60,998 nucleotides of DNA, filler included, from 8 parts of 8 records of this genome joined end to end with filler, not necessarily neighbours in it, one strand, 5' to 3'. Positions 34,171 through 47,240 are shown, numbered from the whole stretch's first letter. Notes: generated from the sequence alone by a model not told the origin. Numbers and translations are program-made.

Positions 34171-35242
34171 ATGCTGGGGCCTCCGAGCCTCGGGAGGGCG
34201 CCCGGGGACGGCCGGCAGCCGGACGAGCCGCCGCCCGAAGGGGATGCTGCCCCCCCACCGCGCGCCCCGAGCGGCTGCCGGCCGCTGATCAGCGCGGACG
34301 GGGGCCGAAGCTGGCGCGAGTATGCGCCGGCCGGGCTGGTGGCCTCTGTCGGGTTCGGGTCGGTCGCGCTGTACAAGAATCAGGAGTGGATCGGGCTGGA
34401 CACCGAGCGGGCTGCGGCCGCCGCCCTGAACAGCTGCGGCTGGGAGCTGCTGATGCCGCCGTTCGAGCCCAGCCACCAGCAGCAGTATGATCACTACATC
34501 CACCAGACGGCACCCTGCCCCCCGGCCAGCGGCTCAGCTCCTGGGCCAGACGCCCGAGGCGCCGGACAACCACATGTCGTACGCGCGAGACGTGCTGATA
34601 CCGTGGCTGCACCAGCTGGTGGAGAGGGGGCTGGGACCAGCCTGCCTGCTCGCAGGTCCGCTCCCGGCCCCCGCCAGTGTGACCTCTGCTTGCAGGGTCC
34701 CGCGGCGGGCAAGAGACAATCAGGTGCGCGCCTCTGAGCCTCGCGTGCGCATAGAGATGAGCGGTCGGGATGTACTGAGCTTAGGCAGGTACGTGTGGCG
34801 ACACGGCTGGCGAGGCCCGACTGTTTGCTTGAACGCAACGTGCGGCGATACGGGCCGGCTGCATAACCGCTGCTTCGAGGGCGAGGATTACACTGTACAG
34901 ACCGCGCCCAGCCTGATCCCGCTGGTAGTGACCACGTCCGACAACGACGAGGTCGGATTCGGGCCGGATTTGGCCGACAACCTACGCTCCGAGTACAGCA
35001 AGCGAGGCGAAGAGCACCTGCTGGCGCAGTACCACTCGGCCAGCGACGGGCACATCCCGGAGTCTGGAATCCGCATGCTCGGGTTGTTGGTCGACTTAGT
35101 GGTTACCCTCGGCCAAGAAGGTGTCAGCCTCGAGCTAGCGCTCCAGGCAGTGCATGACGCCTGCGAGCCGACCGCCAGCCTCCGGTACCACCGAGCAGGC
35201 CCGGAGCAAGAGCTATTAAGTACGAGTACCGACGAGTGCTAA
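34171..35242 (+). CDS. Hypothetical protein, multi-exon
   Basis: Consecutive ORFs 34171-34737 and 34487-35242 with GC-rich intron-like inserts; no recognisable domain. Confidence 0.5.
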
Positions 35243-35442
35243 GTGATAAATTGTATTTAATTTTATGTCCAGTCCCGCGGGCCAATCGCAGTGAGCAGGA
35301 TGAGCAGCTCAGCGCAGGGCCACGGGTCGCCCAGCTCTATAGGAGAACCTGAACTGTTCGGGCAGCAAGCCGCGTCTTCCCCGCTCACAACCCCCCGCTG
35401 AGCACTGATCCCTCCTGCGCCCGGCGTGCACCGCAGCGTTCG

Positions 35443-35722
35443 TCAGCGTCCCGCGCGCGCCTTGAGCTTGCCCCCCGCTCGCCCCCGCTAGGCCGGGCCG
35501 CGGCACCGCCCGCTGCATGCAGCTGCTCAGCTGGGCGAACTGCTGGGCGCAGGCGTTCCGCTCGAGCCCGTCGGGTCGGGCCAGGCTGCCGGAGATGCAC
35601 TCGACGTATTGCTCGGCCTGCCCGCGCGTGGGCCGGCCCGAGGCGGGGCGCACCTGGGGCGCACAGCCGGCCAGCGACTGCGACAGCCGGGCCACCCACT
35701 TGCGCGGGTCGGGCCCAGCCAT
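35443..35722 (-). CDS. NDUFAF8: Twin CX9C mitochondrial protein, complex I assembly factor NDUFAF8-like
   Basis: Removing introns 35618-35653 and 35461-35506 gives LAGCAPQAEQYVECISGS...NACAQQFAQLSSCMQRA, with two CX9C motifs. Confidence 0.75.
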
Positions 35723-35862
35723 CGCCTTGCTAGCAGGAGCCTCGCGTTTCGACGAGGCAGAACGAGGCCCAGGGCGATTTTCTTCCGTTATCTTGCAACG
35801 GCAAGACTGGGAATCGCGGTCTCTCTTTGTTCAACAGGTTCGTTCGAGACGAGATATACAAC

Positions 35863-37221
35863 ATGGCAGCTGTGGAGGCCAACCTAGAGGACAAGAAGAT
35901 CACCATCATCGGCTGCGGCCGGCTGGGCCTGTGCCTTGCGCTCTGCTTCGACCGGGCCAAGTACGACGTGCTGGCGGTAGACATCTTCCCGGATTACGTC
36001 CGTCAGCTCAACGACCGCAGCTTCCAGTCCAAGGAGCCTCGGGTAAACGAATTCCTGGGAGAGGCCGATCAGTTCCGGGCCACCACCAACATCAAGGAGG
36101 GCATTGACCACTGCGACATCCTGTGAGCCCTGCCCCGCCCCCGCCCCCGCTCACGCCTGGCTCGCAGCTACGTGCTGGTGGACACACCCTCCACCGGCGG
36201 AAACCGGCACTACGATACGTCCAAGCTGGGCAACGTCTTGGCGGCGATCAACGCGCACAAGGTGCCCCGGTCATGCCCCCCCTCAGGCTGAGCCGCCGGC
36301 TACAGGTCAAGAACAAGCACGTGATCATCGGGTGCACGATCATGCCCGGGTACATCCGGAATATCGCCACCCATCTGCTCCGGTGCGCCGGCAGCCCGCG
36401 GTCAGGGACCGAGCCGGGCGGGCAGGGATTGCGAGAACGTGTCGATCAGCTACAACCCGGAGTTCATCCAGCAGGTGGACGGGCCCAAGAGGGCTGGCTT
36501 GAGCCGGCGCAGGGCGACATCATCCGCGGGTTCCTCAACCCAGACATGGTGCTGATCGGCGAGGGGTGCAAGGAGATCGGGGACCACATGGTCCAGCTCT
36601 ACCACGACGTGTGCGAGAACCAGCCGGTGGCCCCTGATGGTTGTGATCCGCGCTGACGGCATTGATGGACAGGTGATGGGCCGGATGGCAGCTGAGTCTG
36701 CCGAGATCTGCAAGATCGCGATCAACTGCTTCATCACCACCAAGATTAGCTACGCCAACATGGTGGGCGACATCGCCGACCGCACTCCTGGTGCAGAGAA
36801 GAATGAGATCCTCCAGGCTGTCGGAGCCGATTCTCGCATCGGGGGCAAGTGCCTTCGGCCAGGGTTTGGATTCGGAGGACCGTGCTTCCCCCGGGATAAC
36901 CGGGCGCTCGGTGGATATGCCGAGAGCATCGGGATCAAGCCGCTCATCCCGATGGCCACCGACCAGTACAACGACTATCACGCGGAGGTGATGATCGAGA
37001 ACGAGCTCAAGAAAGACTTGAACGAGTACGTGTTCCGCGATGTGGCATACAAGCCGCAATGCCCGGTGCCGATCGTGGAGGAGTCGCAGCCGCTGGCCGT
37101 GGCTGCCGGTGTGGCCAAGGCGGGCAAGAGGGTGATTATTGAGGACCGCGACTTCATCATCGCCTGTGTCCGAGCCGAGTTCGGGAACATGTTTGACTAC
37201 CGTGTGGTCGCTTCCCTCTAG
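35863..37221 (+). CDS. UDP-glucose/GDP-mannose dehydrogenase family protein
   Basis: Rossmann IIGCGRLG, VDTPS, YNPEFIQQG, KIAINCF and catalytic GFGGPCFPRD. Five introns (36123-36167, 36262-36305, 36383-36425, 36475-36512, 36627-36672) restore one reading frame. Confidence 0.93.
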
Positions 37222-37601
37222 ATGCCGCTCGCGCGCCGCCTTTGCAAGCTACAGACGCAATTATAGTGATTCCAGGTTCCACGGTTCCAAAATTTCCATG
37301 GCATGTTACCGGCTCGCAGATTAGAAGTTGCCGGTATTCATGAGCATGTACTCGATCCATGCATGGTATGTACATGATTGTATGAATGAAAAGAATATCT
37401 CGTCAAGCGTATATAGTGCACACCCATCGATATCGCTTCAATTATTTATTGAGCACTTAAATTTATGATCGCAATTGCAAGCTTGTGCGTGATTGTCCAT
37501 CGTCGAGGATTGTGCATTTCATTTAATCTCATCGGTGTCACAACTCCAGCGTATGAGCGGCTCCCAGCCGACATCTATTGCGCCGGCCAGTTGGCCTGGC
37601 A

Positions 37602-39118
37602 TCATTGTATTGAGCACCCGGAGCAAATATGTCGCCCTTCCATCTTGTCACCCAGATCGCCAGAACTAGCAACCGGTGGACTCTTCGCCACCACTGGCTT
37701 GCTCGCCCCGCCTTCTGGGGTCTTGACAGGTGCATTCTCGAGTAACCCGTCCGCCAACGGCTCGCTCCCCTTGTGGGCCTGCGCAGGCGGCACTTCGGAG
37801 GCGAACGAGGTCGCAGCAGATTCATTCTGTCCCCTGGGCTCACTCAGAGCACAGGCAGGCCCGTGCCTTAAACATGCCCGAGATCCTGGGCAGCACCGTG
37901 TTGGCGTCCACCTTAGGCAGGGTTATCTTGTACAGCTTCTCCGGGTCGGCAAACCCAGCAGCGGCACTCCCGGTGCACCAGCTGTGCTGGAGCACCGATT
38001 GACCCGAGGACCTCTCGGCCTCGTCCTTGCAGAGCATCTGACCCAGCAGCCCCCACAACTCGTCCGTAAACGACTCTCCCGGCGGGTCCGGCCTGGGCAG
38101 CGGGTTGTTGGTGATGGCGTCGTAAAGAGCCTCGTGCCTCCCCCTGAACGGCAGAGCGCCAAACAGCGCATAGTACAGAGTGATCCCTGCCGTACCTCAG
38201 CACGCCCCGCCCCCAGCTCACCAGCGGCCCAGACGTCCACCGCCGTCCCGCTGATGGAGCCCCGTCCGCTCGCAATCTGTGCAGCCGCCGTTAACAGCAG
38301 CAGCGCGGGGGCAGCCAGACCTCTGGTGCTAAAAACTCTGGAGTGCCTCGCGTACGCAGCAAGATCGGCTCGCCGCAGTGAATGAACGAGTCGAGCTGCT
38401 CGGCCGTCCCAAAGTCGCAGATCTGGCCCGGGCTCGTACTGGCCGGCCGGCCGGCCGGGAGACCTTGGCCACTCCCTCGAGCGTGATCATCAGGTTCTCC
38501 GGCTTCACATCACGGTGCACGATCCCTGCCGCGGCTCAGGTCGGGCCGATGGCATGCCGGACCCTTCTCGTGGATGTGCGCCAGCCCGTGCATTAGGTGC
38601 CGGAAGTAGGAGCGCATGGGGTCGGGTGGCACTCTGTGCTCGGGAGCGGTGTCGATCAGCCGCTGCAGCGTGCCGCCCTTGACCAGTTCCATCACGATGA
38701 AGAGCCGCTCCTGCCGGGCCGGTGAGCCGACGGGCGGGCGGCGGGCCCACCTTGGGCTCGGACTGCTCGATCACTTGGATGGTCTTGACAACATGCCGGT
38801 GGCTGTACTTCTGGAGCTGTTTGCAGATCGCCACCTCCTGCCGGACCTGCCCGGGCCGTCCGCTGACCGCCCGGGGCCGGGTCGCACCATGTCTGTTGCT
38901 CGGGCTTTCCGCACCCGCTCCATCGACAGCTTCTTGATGGCCACCCGCTTGCCGGTGGCGGCCATCGCCTCTCGCACCTGCCGCAGGCGGGGCTCGGCCC
39001 GGCCGTTATAGGTCGCGCCCCGCACCTTGCCGAACGAGCCCTGCCCGATCACGTCGCCCAGGATGTACTGATCCACCACCCTGGTCTTCTCGTCCATCCC
39101 CGCCAGCGAGAGGCTCAT
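37602..39118 (-). CDS. STK11: LKB1/STK11-like Ser/Thr kinase with C-terminal CaaX
   Basis: Spliced motifs YILGDVIGQGSFGKV, AIK, HRDVKPEN, DFGTAEQLDSF, GTPEFLAPEIASGRGSISGTAVDVWAAG. Ends CSIQ, consistent with the prenylated tail of LKB1. Confidence 0.8.
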
Positions 39119-39371
39119 CGGGGCCGCCGGGGCCCACGCCCCCCGTCGAGCGCTGGTGGGTTCAGAAGAGCAAAGAAAAACACACCCCCAAAATCTGTGA
39201 TTGGTATTCTGGGACCGCCTCGCTTTGAGCTGGCGGCGTTGAAACAGAAGACTTACTTGACTATTACCCGCATTCAGTATAACCGTACATAGCGGAGTAA
39301 TTTAGCGCGGCTGGCAGGGCCGGGGCTGGAGTAAGGCTGGAGAGCTGGCCAGGGGGCATTTTGGGCGAGCC

Positions 39372-39376
39372 AAAAA
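39372..39376 (-). terminator. RNA polymerase III terminator
   Basis: TTTTT run 4 nt downstream of the tRNA on the minus strand. Confidence 0.75.
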
Positions 39377-39380
39377 GTGG

Positions 39381-39452
39381 AGGTCCTACCGGGATTTGAA
39401 CCCGGATCGCAAGATTCAGAGTCTTGAGTGCTGACCATTACACCATAGAACC
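39381..39452 (-). tRNA. trnQ-CUG: tRNA-Gln (anticodon CUG)
   Basis: GGTTCTATGGTGTAATGGTCAGCACTCAAGACTCTGAATCTTGCGATCCGGGTTCAAATCCCGGTAGGACCT folds to a cloverleaf with anticodon stem CAAGA/TCTTG; no encoded CCA, no intron. Confidence 0.97.
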
Positions 39453-39726
39453 AAATGCTCTCTGCCCTAGGTATAGCTCTGGTGCCGTTTGAGCGACACC
39501 TTCTCTCGCTGTGCACGCTCCTCCAATGATGCTCTTGTTCGTCACCTCGTCGAGCTCTGCGCCATCAGAATGCTGCGATAGACGAGAGCTCCACCTCTGA
39601 CGCGGTACCAGCCAGCTCGGAGGTGTACAAGTCACGGCCGGAGGACCTAGGACGGACCCGGCCGGGCAGTGCTGCTGGCCAACCATGCACGCGGGGCCGG
39701 ATCCTGGTCCGAGGAGCTGCCGAGAC

Positions 39727-39826
39727 NNNNNNNNNNNNNNNNNNNNNNNNNNNNNNNNNNNNNNNNNNNNTTAATTAATTAANNNNNNNNNNNNNNNNNN
39801 NNNNNNNNNNNNNNNNNNNNNNNNNN
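39727..39826. other. Artificial contig spacer
   Basis: N44-TTAATTAATTAA-N44. Confidence 0.99.
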
Positions 39827-40393
39827 CACGGGTTCTGGTTACAGCCGGACAGCGAGCGAGCTGCTGCCGGAGGGCGACTGTGGCACACTGCAGAGCCGGC
39901 ATAGGGTAGGCCGGGGCGCTGGGTCAGGGGCATTGGTGGGGACAGGCGGATCAGCTCTGGAGTGACGCAGTCACATCAGGATATCCAACGGATCCGGCAG
40001 TGCTCGATCCGGGCAAGATGCTACAAGAGGCTGTGGATCTGCAGGCCGCCCAGGGCGACTCACACAGGGTGTCTGGCGAAACCCAGCACCTGATGGGCCC
40101 CGCGGCGGGCTGGGACGTGTCCCGGACGCGCCGCCACGCTTTCAGCTGCGCCTCGGCGCTCCCACCTGCAACCATGGCCGAAAGTGCTCGCGAGCCGATC
40201 AATCAGGCACTGGTTGGAACGTAAATGCACGCATGCGAAAGGCATGGGGCATACATGGGGCATAATTGTAGTCCTCGAAACGTATCAACTTAATACTGAC
40301 CAGGTAACTAGGTGCAATTACGCGTGTATTATTTATTAGATCTAACAACATGCGTCCTACGATAGATAATGGCTTTGTGATTTAGTTGTGAAT

Positions 40394-43300
40394 TTAGGCA
40401 AGCTGCTCGGTCACCGCCCTCGTGAGTAGCTCAGCGGTGAGTTCGCTCGCCTCATATTTGAGCATAAGGAATTTGATCAGTTGGTTACCATGTGCCTTGA
40501 GCAGCACCTGCACATCGTCGTCAATATAAGCAACTGAGCAGCTAAAACTAGAACTATAAAGCCACCAGTGCAAGCTCGTGCGCGATCTCCACAGCAGCCT
40601 TGACCAGTCTGATCACCATTTTCACTATAGCAACCATTTGTGACCTGCCCAGCCCCAATCAAACAAAACTACCCCCAAACAGCTAAACCTGTCGATCGAT
40701 CCAGCCTGCTTAGCATCGACCCATCCGAACAAGACCCGCAGCCCTTGTCCGCTCGGGCAGTCCGCAGCCTCCCTCAGCAGCTCCGCCATCGGTCCAGCCT
40801 CCTCATACCCGAGACGTTCCATCAACTCCGACAGCGCGCCACACAGCTCGCCTGCGGCCCGAGGCCCGAGCACCTCGCCCGCCCGCCCGGCCACGTAGCT
40901 CCCAAGCATCCCGTGTGACCGCCCGAGTGCCTTGACTGCTGACCGGATCTGCTTAGCAAGCTCTGCCTGCAGCTCTGGGCAATTGAGCCCATCCGGAGCC
41001 TCCAAGAGCCGGTCAGCGGCCGAGTGGAGGGCCTGGCGCAGAGTGTCTGGCAGGGCTGGGGCAGATGGCCCGGCAGGCGCCCGAGCATGATGAAGCAACG
41101 ACAGCGCCTGCAAGCAGAGATGAATAATGGCGCGTCTGTTGCGGGCTCTTAGATTAGATATGCTGCTCATAGCAATACCTGGCCACATACGACCGCGTCG
41201 GCTCGTTGCTGGAGCCATCCGGCCAGCTGCTCCAGCGTGTAGCGGCTTTCGGCGTCCACATGCACCACGTCAACGGTTGCCTCGGCAAGGGCAATTGAGC
41301 TCCTAAGCGCCTGCCGTCTGGATCATTTCAAGTGAGTAATGACCGGACCGCAACAACCAGCAGCTCGAGTGCCTTCACCAGCTTCAAAGTCTTTTCAGAC
41401 GACAAGCCGGTCGCCTCGCCAGCTAGCAAACCGAAGCAGGCCTCCACCAGCGGGCCGAGCCGTTTGGCCATGGTCTGCAGCGCTTTGTTAGCCGCAGAGC
41501 AATGGCCCGATTTACTACTATCTAGCAAGTTATCAGATTACGAGCGGCCACCTCATCCCCCTCCTCTGCGAGCGTGATGGTCGCCTGTACCACTCGACCC
41601 ACCTCCGGCTTGCTCAGCTCCGTCCGCGGTGCAATGCATCCAAACATCGCCTCAGCCACACCAGCCGCCTGTGCATTGGCCACAGCCTCGAGAGCAGCCA
41701 AGTCCTCCGTTTCCACACTCTGCTCGGTGGCAGCGGTCGAGACTGCTTTGGCCAGCAGCACTGCCAACTGATCCTGGCTAACCTGCTCGTCCTCTGCCAG
41801 CTCTGCAAGTGCCGCGTTCAGCATCTGGTCCACACGTGTGCTGCGCTCCGTTTTCTCCGGCACCCATCCGAGCCTCTGGGCGATGTCGAGGTGTCCCCGC
41901 AAGTGGGCAGCACGGGCGGCTGTGGTCGGCTGCTCGTTGTATCCCTTCAGGATCGAGATGGCTGGGTCAGCTTTGCTGGACAGCAGCAGCTCACAGCACT
42001 CAAGATGGCCATATTCAGCGGCTGCGAACAGCGCCGTGCAGCCATCAGCTGCAGCCGCATTGGGGTCGGCCTGTGATAGGTCAGTCATCGCTGTACATTA
42101 TTTACCGCTTTTGGCACCTTCTTATCCAACAGCAGACTGACGCATTCGAGCTGGCCACGTTCAGCTGCCGAGATGAGCGCCGTATGTCCTTCCGGTCCAA
42201 CAGCCTCCAAACTCACACCTGCACCGAGAAAGTGTCAACAAACACGGCTAGCCAAGTAGCAGACCGTGTTCGAGCAAAGCCCGCAGCACAGGCACATGTC
42301 CTGCAGCCGCAGCCGCGTGCAGAGGCTCAAACTCGCCCGGGCGCTCCGGCCAGCTGTACTGCAGCAGCTCAGCGAGTACCGCAGTGTGCCCCAGCTCGGC
42401 TGCCCGATACAGCTCGCGGCCCCTCTCCAGCTTAGGATGAGTCAAAAGCAACCGTGCCAGCCTGTCCGGCACAGATCAGCAATCGGCGGCAACCATCGAG
42501 CCTCACTCAGGCAAATCTTCGCTGGCGCACACCCAGAGGGCTGTGGCGCCGTCGGGCTGCACTGACTGGTTCGGATTCAGCCCCGAAGCTGCGATGAGCG
42601 GTGCGAGCAGCTCCACAGACCTACCTCTCACCTCAGCGCTAGGCGGCCGCAGATCCGGATTACCGCTGGGCAAACGCGGAACAAAACGGGGTTTCCGGGA
42701 GTGCCGGGTCTCCTGCTGGGTCCGCACTTGCGTCGATGAGGAGGGAGAGCAGTTCGGGTTTGGCTGACTGGATGGCCCAGTTGACTGCTCCCAACGGCAT
42801 TGGGCAGAGTGGGACCATTCGAGCAGCCAGCTCCACATGCCCTGCCTTGATCGCCTTGGCCAAGCCGTCGGCGCCGTCGGGGGTTTGCATCTTAGGGTCG
42901 GCCTGCACCACGGCAAACACAAAATAAACCATCATGGTACGAGTGTTGATGCAGGCAGCTAAATGGTAAATGTTGCTGTGGTGCAGGCAGCTAAGCGGGG
43001 AATAAAGCGGCACCTTGGCAGCCAGCAGCAGCTCGAGGGACTCCATATCGCCGGTGTGGCATGCCAGCCCCAGCGGGAACACGCCGTGCGGGCCCACAGC
43101 ACTCGGGTGGCCGCCCGCCTCCAGCAGCAGCTTGAGAGCTGCCGGCCGCGACCGCTGGCACGCACACAGCACAGGCGTGATCCCCTGCGCATTGGCCAGA
43201 TTCGGGTCCAAGCCCGCCGCTAGCAGCAACTCCACTGTCTCGCTAGACTCGCCTGCCCGCCCAGATCCCTAGTGGCAGGCTCTGCGCTCACCCATCGCCG

Positions 43301-43937
43301 CCACGTGCAAGGCGCTGGTGCCGTCAGTGCGGGTCTGATCAAGCCGGGCACCTGCACCGCACTGCGCGGCAGGCAACCGCCGGCTCACCGCGCTCCTGCA
43401 GCCATGCGAGCGCCGGGGCCGCACCAGCCTTTGCAGCTGCAAGCACCTGCCGCCACCAATCAGAAGGCCACCCAAAGTGCCCGCTCGGAGCACCGGGGAG
43501 GTGCCCTTGGGCCCGTCCGCTGAGAGTCGGTCCAGTGCACAGCCGGCCTCGGCCAGCCGCCTGCCGCGGCCGTCAGCTCCCGCCAGCCGGCGGCGCACGC
43601 CATCATGTCCAGCCGGCCCAATCCAGCGGCCAGCACCAGAGGCGAAGTCCCGTTAGAGTTGAGCCCCGTGGCCGGCAGACCCCGAGCGAGCAGCCACTCA
43701 ACGGACTCCATCCGGCCGGCCCGGACCGCCGCGCTCATCAGGGTATACTTGACTGGCCCGCCGGGCGGCGAGAGCTGCTCGCTGAGCTCCGGCGTGTCGG
43801 TCAGCAGCTGCGCGGCCACCTCCAGCTCGCCCGCCGCCACCGCCGCGTGCAGCGGCAACTCGGCTGCCCCCGCGCGGTCGCGGCCACGGCCGGTCGGCGC
43901 CACCTGGCTTGCCGGCAGCCGACGGTGCGTTCCCCAT
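40394..43937 (-). CDS. Ankyrin-repeat protein with an N-myristoylation-like start and helical C-terminal region, many introns (could be two genes)
   Basis: Begins MGNAPS, then a 40-nt intron. Ankyrin repeats LPLHAAVAAG, GTSPLVLAAGLG, GITPVLCACQ, GVFPLGLACHTG, GCTALFAAAEYG. Confidence 0.8.
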
Positions 43938-44017
43938 GGTACGCCGCCGCCCGAGCAGTTCGGTCGTGGTCTGCGCGTGGGAATATTGAAAGGCAGTGTT
44001 TTTACGTTGTGGAACTT

Positions 44018-44117
44018 NNNNNNNNNNNNNNNNNNNNNNNNNNNNNNNNNNNNNNNNNNNNTTAATTAATTAANNNNNNNNNNNNNNNNNNNNNNNNNNN
44101 NNNNNNNNNNNNNNNNN
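44018..44117. other. Artificial contig spacer
   Basis: N44-TTAATTAATTAA-N44. Confidence 0.99.
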
Positions 44118-44508
44118 CACAGGCCCAGAGCATGGCGGCGCCCGCACAAAGCCCAGCAGCAGAGAGCACGCCGTGGAGTGGTGCACAAACCCAGTGATCG
44201 AACACTTTTTACCGAAGGTGGCGGTGAAAGCACTGGGGTAAAGGGAGCGGTAAAAAGAACTGCGCGTTTCGTTATAGGACCTAAAAAGAAGTAAAGCAAA
44301 GAACGCACAGACGCACACCTTACAAGTACTTACGAGTACGAGCGGTACAAGCGCATTCAAAAATTCAATGAGGAGTATACAGGTAGTTTATAAGGTCTAC
44401 ATCACATAATAATCACATAAGACACAATGATCATTACACAATCATGCACTCGTATACATTCAGATTGCATTCTATTCCTATTCTATTCTATTTTATTTTA
44501 GAACTGTT

Positions 44509-47240
44509 CTATTTGTACTCAACATAGCAACCACACATCCACGATCTGCTCCAGCCTGTGGCCCCATGATGAAACTCGTCCACATCGACAACTTGGTCGC
44601 CTGTAAATCGACTCAGCACAAAGGTCAATGGCACGCTGCGCACCGTTCAAATCATACGCATCAAAGCCCCTGTCGCTGCCGTATCGCTCGACCCACTCCT
44701 GCTTCGTGATCTTGCCGTCTTTATTTTGATCAAATTCTTTAAACTCCTGAGCGACCTTCTTCGCTTTGACAAACTCGTCTTTCTCGACCATGCCGTCCCC
44801 ATCCAAGTCTAAATGGTCAAACTGATCAAGAGAGTCCTTCCCGTACTGAGCCACCCAATCCTCCTGAGTCACGTTCCCGTCATGGTTGCGATCAAGCCTC
44901 CTGAAATCCCGTGAAATCCTGGCCTCGCGCTCTCTCTTCCTGGTCGCCTCCACCCATTCCAGAGACTTGACTGCTCTGTACGCCTCCAAGAACTGCCAAC
45001 ATAGTGACACAAGCCGACAGCAAGCCGACCACCTCATTGAGGGTCACTTTGCCATCGTGGTTGGTATCCATCGCTTCAAACACTGCCTTGAGGTCCTCGG
45101 GCGGCATCATCTGCTTCTGCACATTCCTACCAGCATCCCGCTTGAGCCGGCTCCATATCATCTCCCAGCCCGCTTCCAGCTCCTCCAGTGCCAAAACCCC
45201 TGCCCGGTCCTTATCACAGTGCCTGCATACATCTAAGCTCACCGTCACAGTCTGTATCCAGAAGACAGAACAGCTGCTGCAGCGGCCCTGCCTCTTGGTA
45301 GAACCCTTCGAGCACGCTCTTGGCCTGCCCGTCCAGCAGCTCGCCTGCCCCGTCGGCTCAGCACAGCGGTCAACCCCCGCCAGGCACTGAGGTGCTGCAG
45401 CATCGTGTTGTACTCGACTTCCTCAAACAGATCACACGAGTCATCGCAGTCTCGACTCGAAGCACTCGTGGGCGTTTTAAGCCCGAGCAGTCGCTTAAAC
45501 CGCACCCACGGAAGCAGCAGCTCCGGCATCACCGCTTCCATGCATTCGCCCCAGACGCCCATGGTGATCCTACCTGTGAGCTTCCCGTCGTGGTCCTGCC
45601 TATCAGCGCGCTCGAATGCCTCGAGCAAACTGACACGGCGAGCAGCCACAGTGCCCTGCCCTCGCGCTGAGCGGCCAGCCAGCACAGGCTTGCCTTGAGC
45701 CAGGCCACTGTGCTCCCTGGGACTGGCGGGCTGGGCTGCTGCGACTCGTCGGCCTGTTTCCAGACTCCGGCAGACCAGGCTGGCTGGGGGAAAAAGTATT
45801 CATCGTGAGAGATTTGACCGTCCTTAATTCGGATGAAGGCCGCTACATTCTTCTGCTGGTTATAGCTGCTCGCACTGAACACAGTGATAGCTTCATAACC
45901 GTCGCCGAGATCGAGCCTTGCAAGGCCGTCGATCACGCACTCGTGAGCCCGGACCATCCTTTTCAACCGGTTGGCCTCGAGGAACTCACGGATCAACCCG
46001 TTGCCCATCTTGTAGGCCGTGCTCCCTCGGGGCGACACAGACACCAACCGGCCCGGGTCGCCACTCGGGTCGTTCCACAGGATCTGGAACATCTGCTCAG
46101 CAAATGCAATCAGCAGACAGCTACCTCTTCTATCAGGGCCTCCGCCTTAGTCTGTGGCGGGGTAGCCACGCCCTTCCAGCCCTTGTGCAGCTGAGCTATC
46201 TCATCCAGAGTCACTGGCCGCTCCGGCTGCAGCCTAGCCTGAGCACAGCCCCACAGGCAGGGCGCGTCACCAGGCTGAGTCGCCCACTTTTATTGACCAC
46301 GCCAGAGGGCACACATCCATGCACCACCACAGTGTGGTCGCCTATCACTGCCCCCAGCGGCAGTGCCTCGAACAGCCGGCCGCACAAGGCCATCAGCTTG
46401 TGCGCGGCCAGCACGCCATACTTAGTCTGCAGCTCCGCTTCAAAGCCGTAAAAGCCAGAAACCTGCGACCGTCTCATCGCTCCGACCTCGCCGGGCAGGC
46501 GCCTTGGTGTCTTCGTGGTTCCCGCGGAGCAGCCAGACCGAGCCCGGGTCGAACAGCTTGAGCGCACACAGCAGGACCAGTGTCTCCGTGCTCGCACTCC
46601 CTCTGTCCACCCAGTCTCCATCAAATATATACTGGAGCTGCCCCCCCCCCCACAGTGAGCGGCCATTGCCGGCCGGCGGATGCCTCGGGACTGGGCATTC
46701 CGTTGGTCTCGACGATGTGCTTGAGGTCGTGCAGGTTGCCGTGCAAGTCTCCGACCACCACAAACACCGGCGAGCAACCCGCCACTGCCGGGTTATACGC
46801 CGCCCTCCGCTCATCCTGCCTCCGGCTCACCGGCCCCGGCCCGGGGAAAGCACCGCCAGCCGGACCAGCACCGGGTCCCTGCCCACCGCGGCCGTGGCCT
46901 CTTGGACAAACCTTGCTAGCACCCCTGGATGCATCGTCCCGCCCGGTTGCAGCTCCATCAACAGCCGGCCCAGCTCGTCTATGCCGATCAGGCTGTCCGG
47001 CGGGGCGTAGCCCGAGCACCCCGGCGGCGGGCGGGGCGACGGCGGCACGGAGAGGTCGGCGCTGGTCGGATGGCCGAAGTCGAACCGGGCGGCCGTGTTG
47101 GGTTGGGCCCGCTCGGCCTGGGCGAACAGCCGGGAGGCCAGGGTGCGCAGCTTCTCCTCCTGCAGCTCCAGGTGCCCGAACAGCTCCCAGTCGAGCGGCT
47201 CCTCCCCGGGATCCGCCGGACTCCCACTGCTGTTCCCCAT
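44509..47240 (-). CDS. PPEF: PPP-family Ser/Thr phosphatase with EF-hands (PPEF/RdgC-like), N-myristoylation-like start
   Basis: MGNSSGS; GDLHG, GDWVDRG, LRGNHE, VHG, LWNDP, RAHE, TVFSASSY; multiple C-terminal DxNxDG loops; many ~40-nt introns. Confidence 0.88.
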
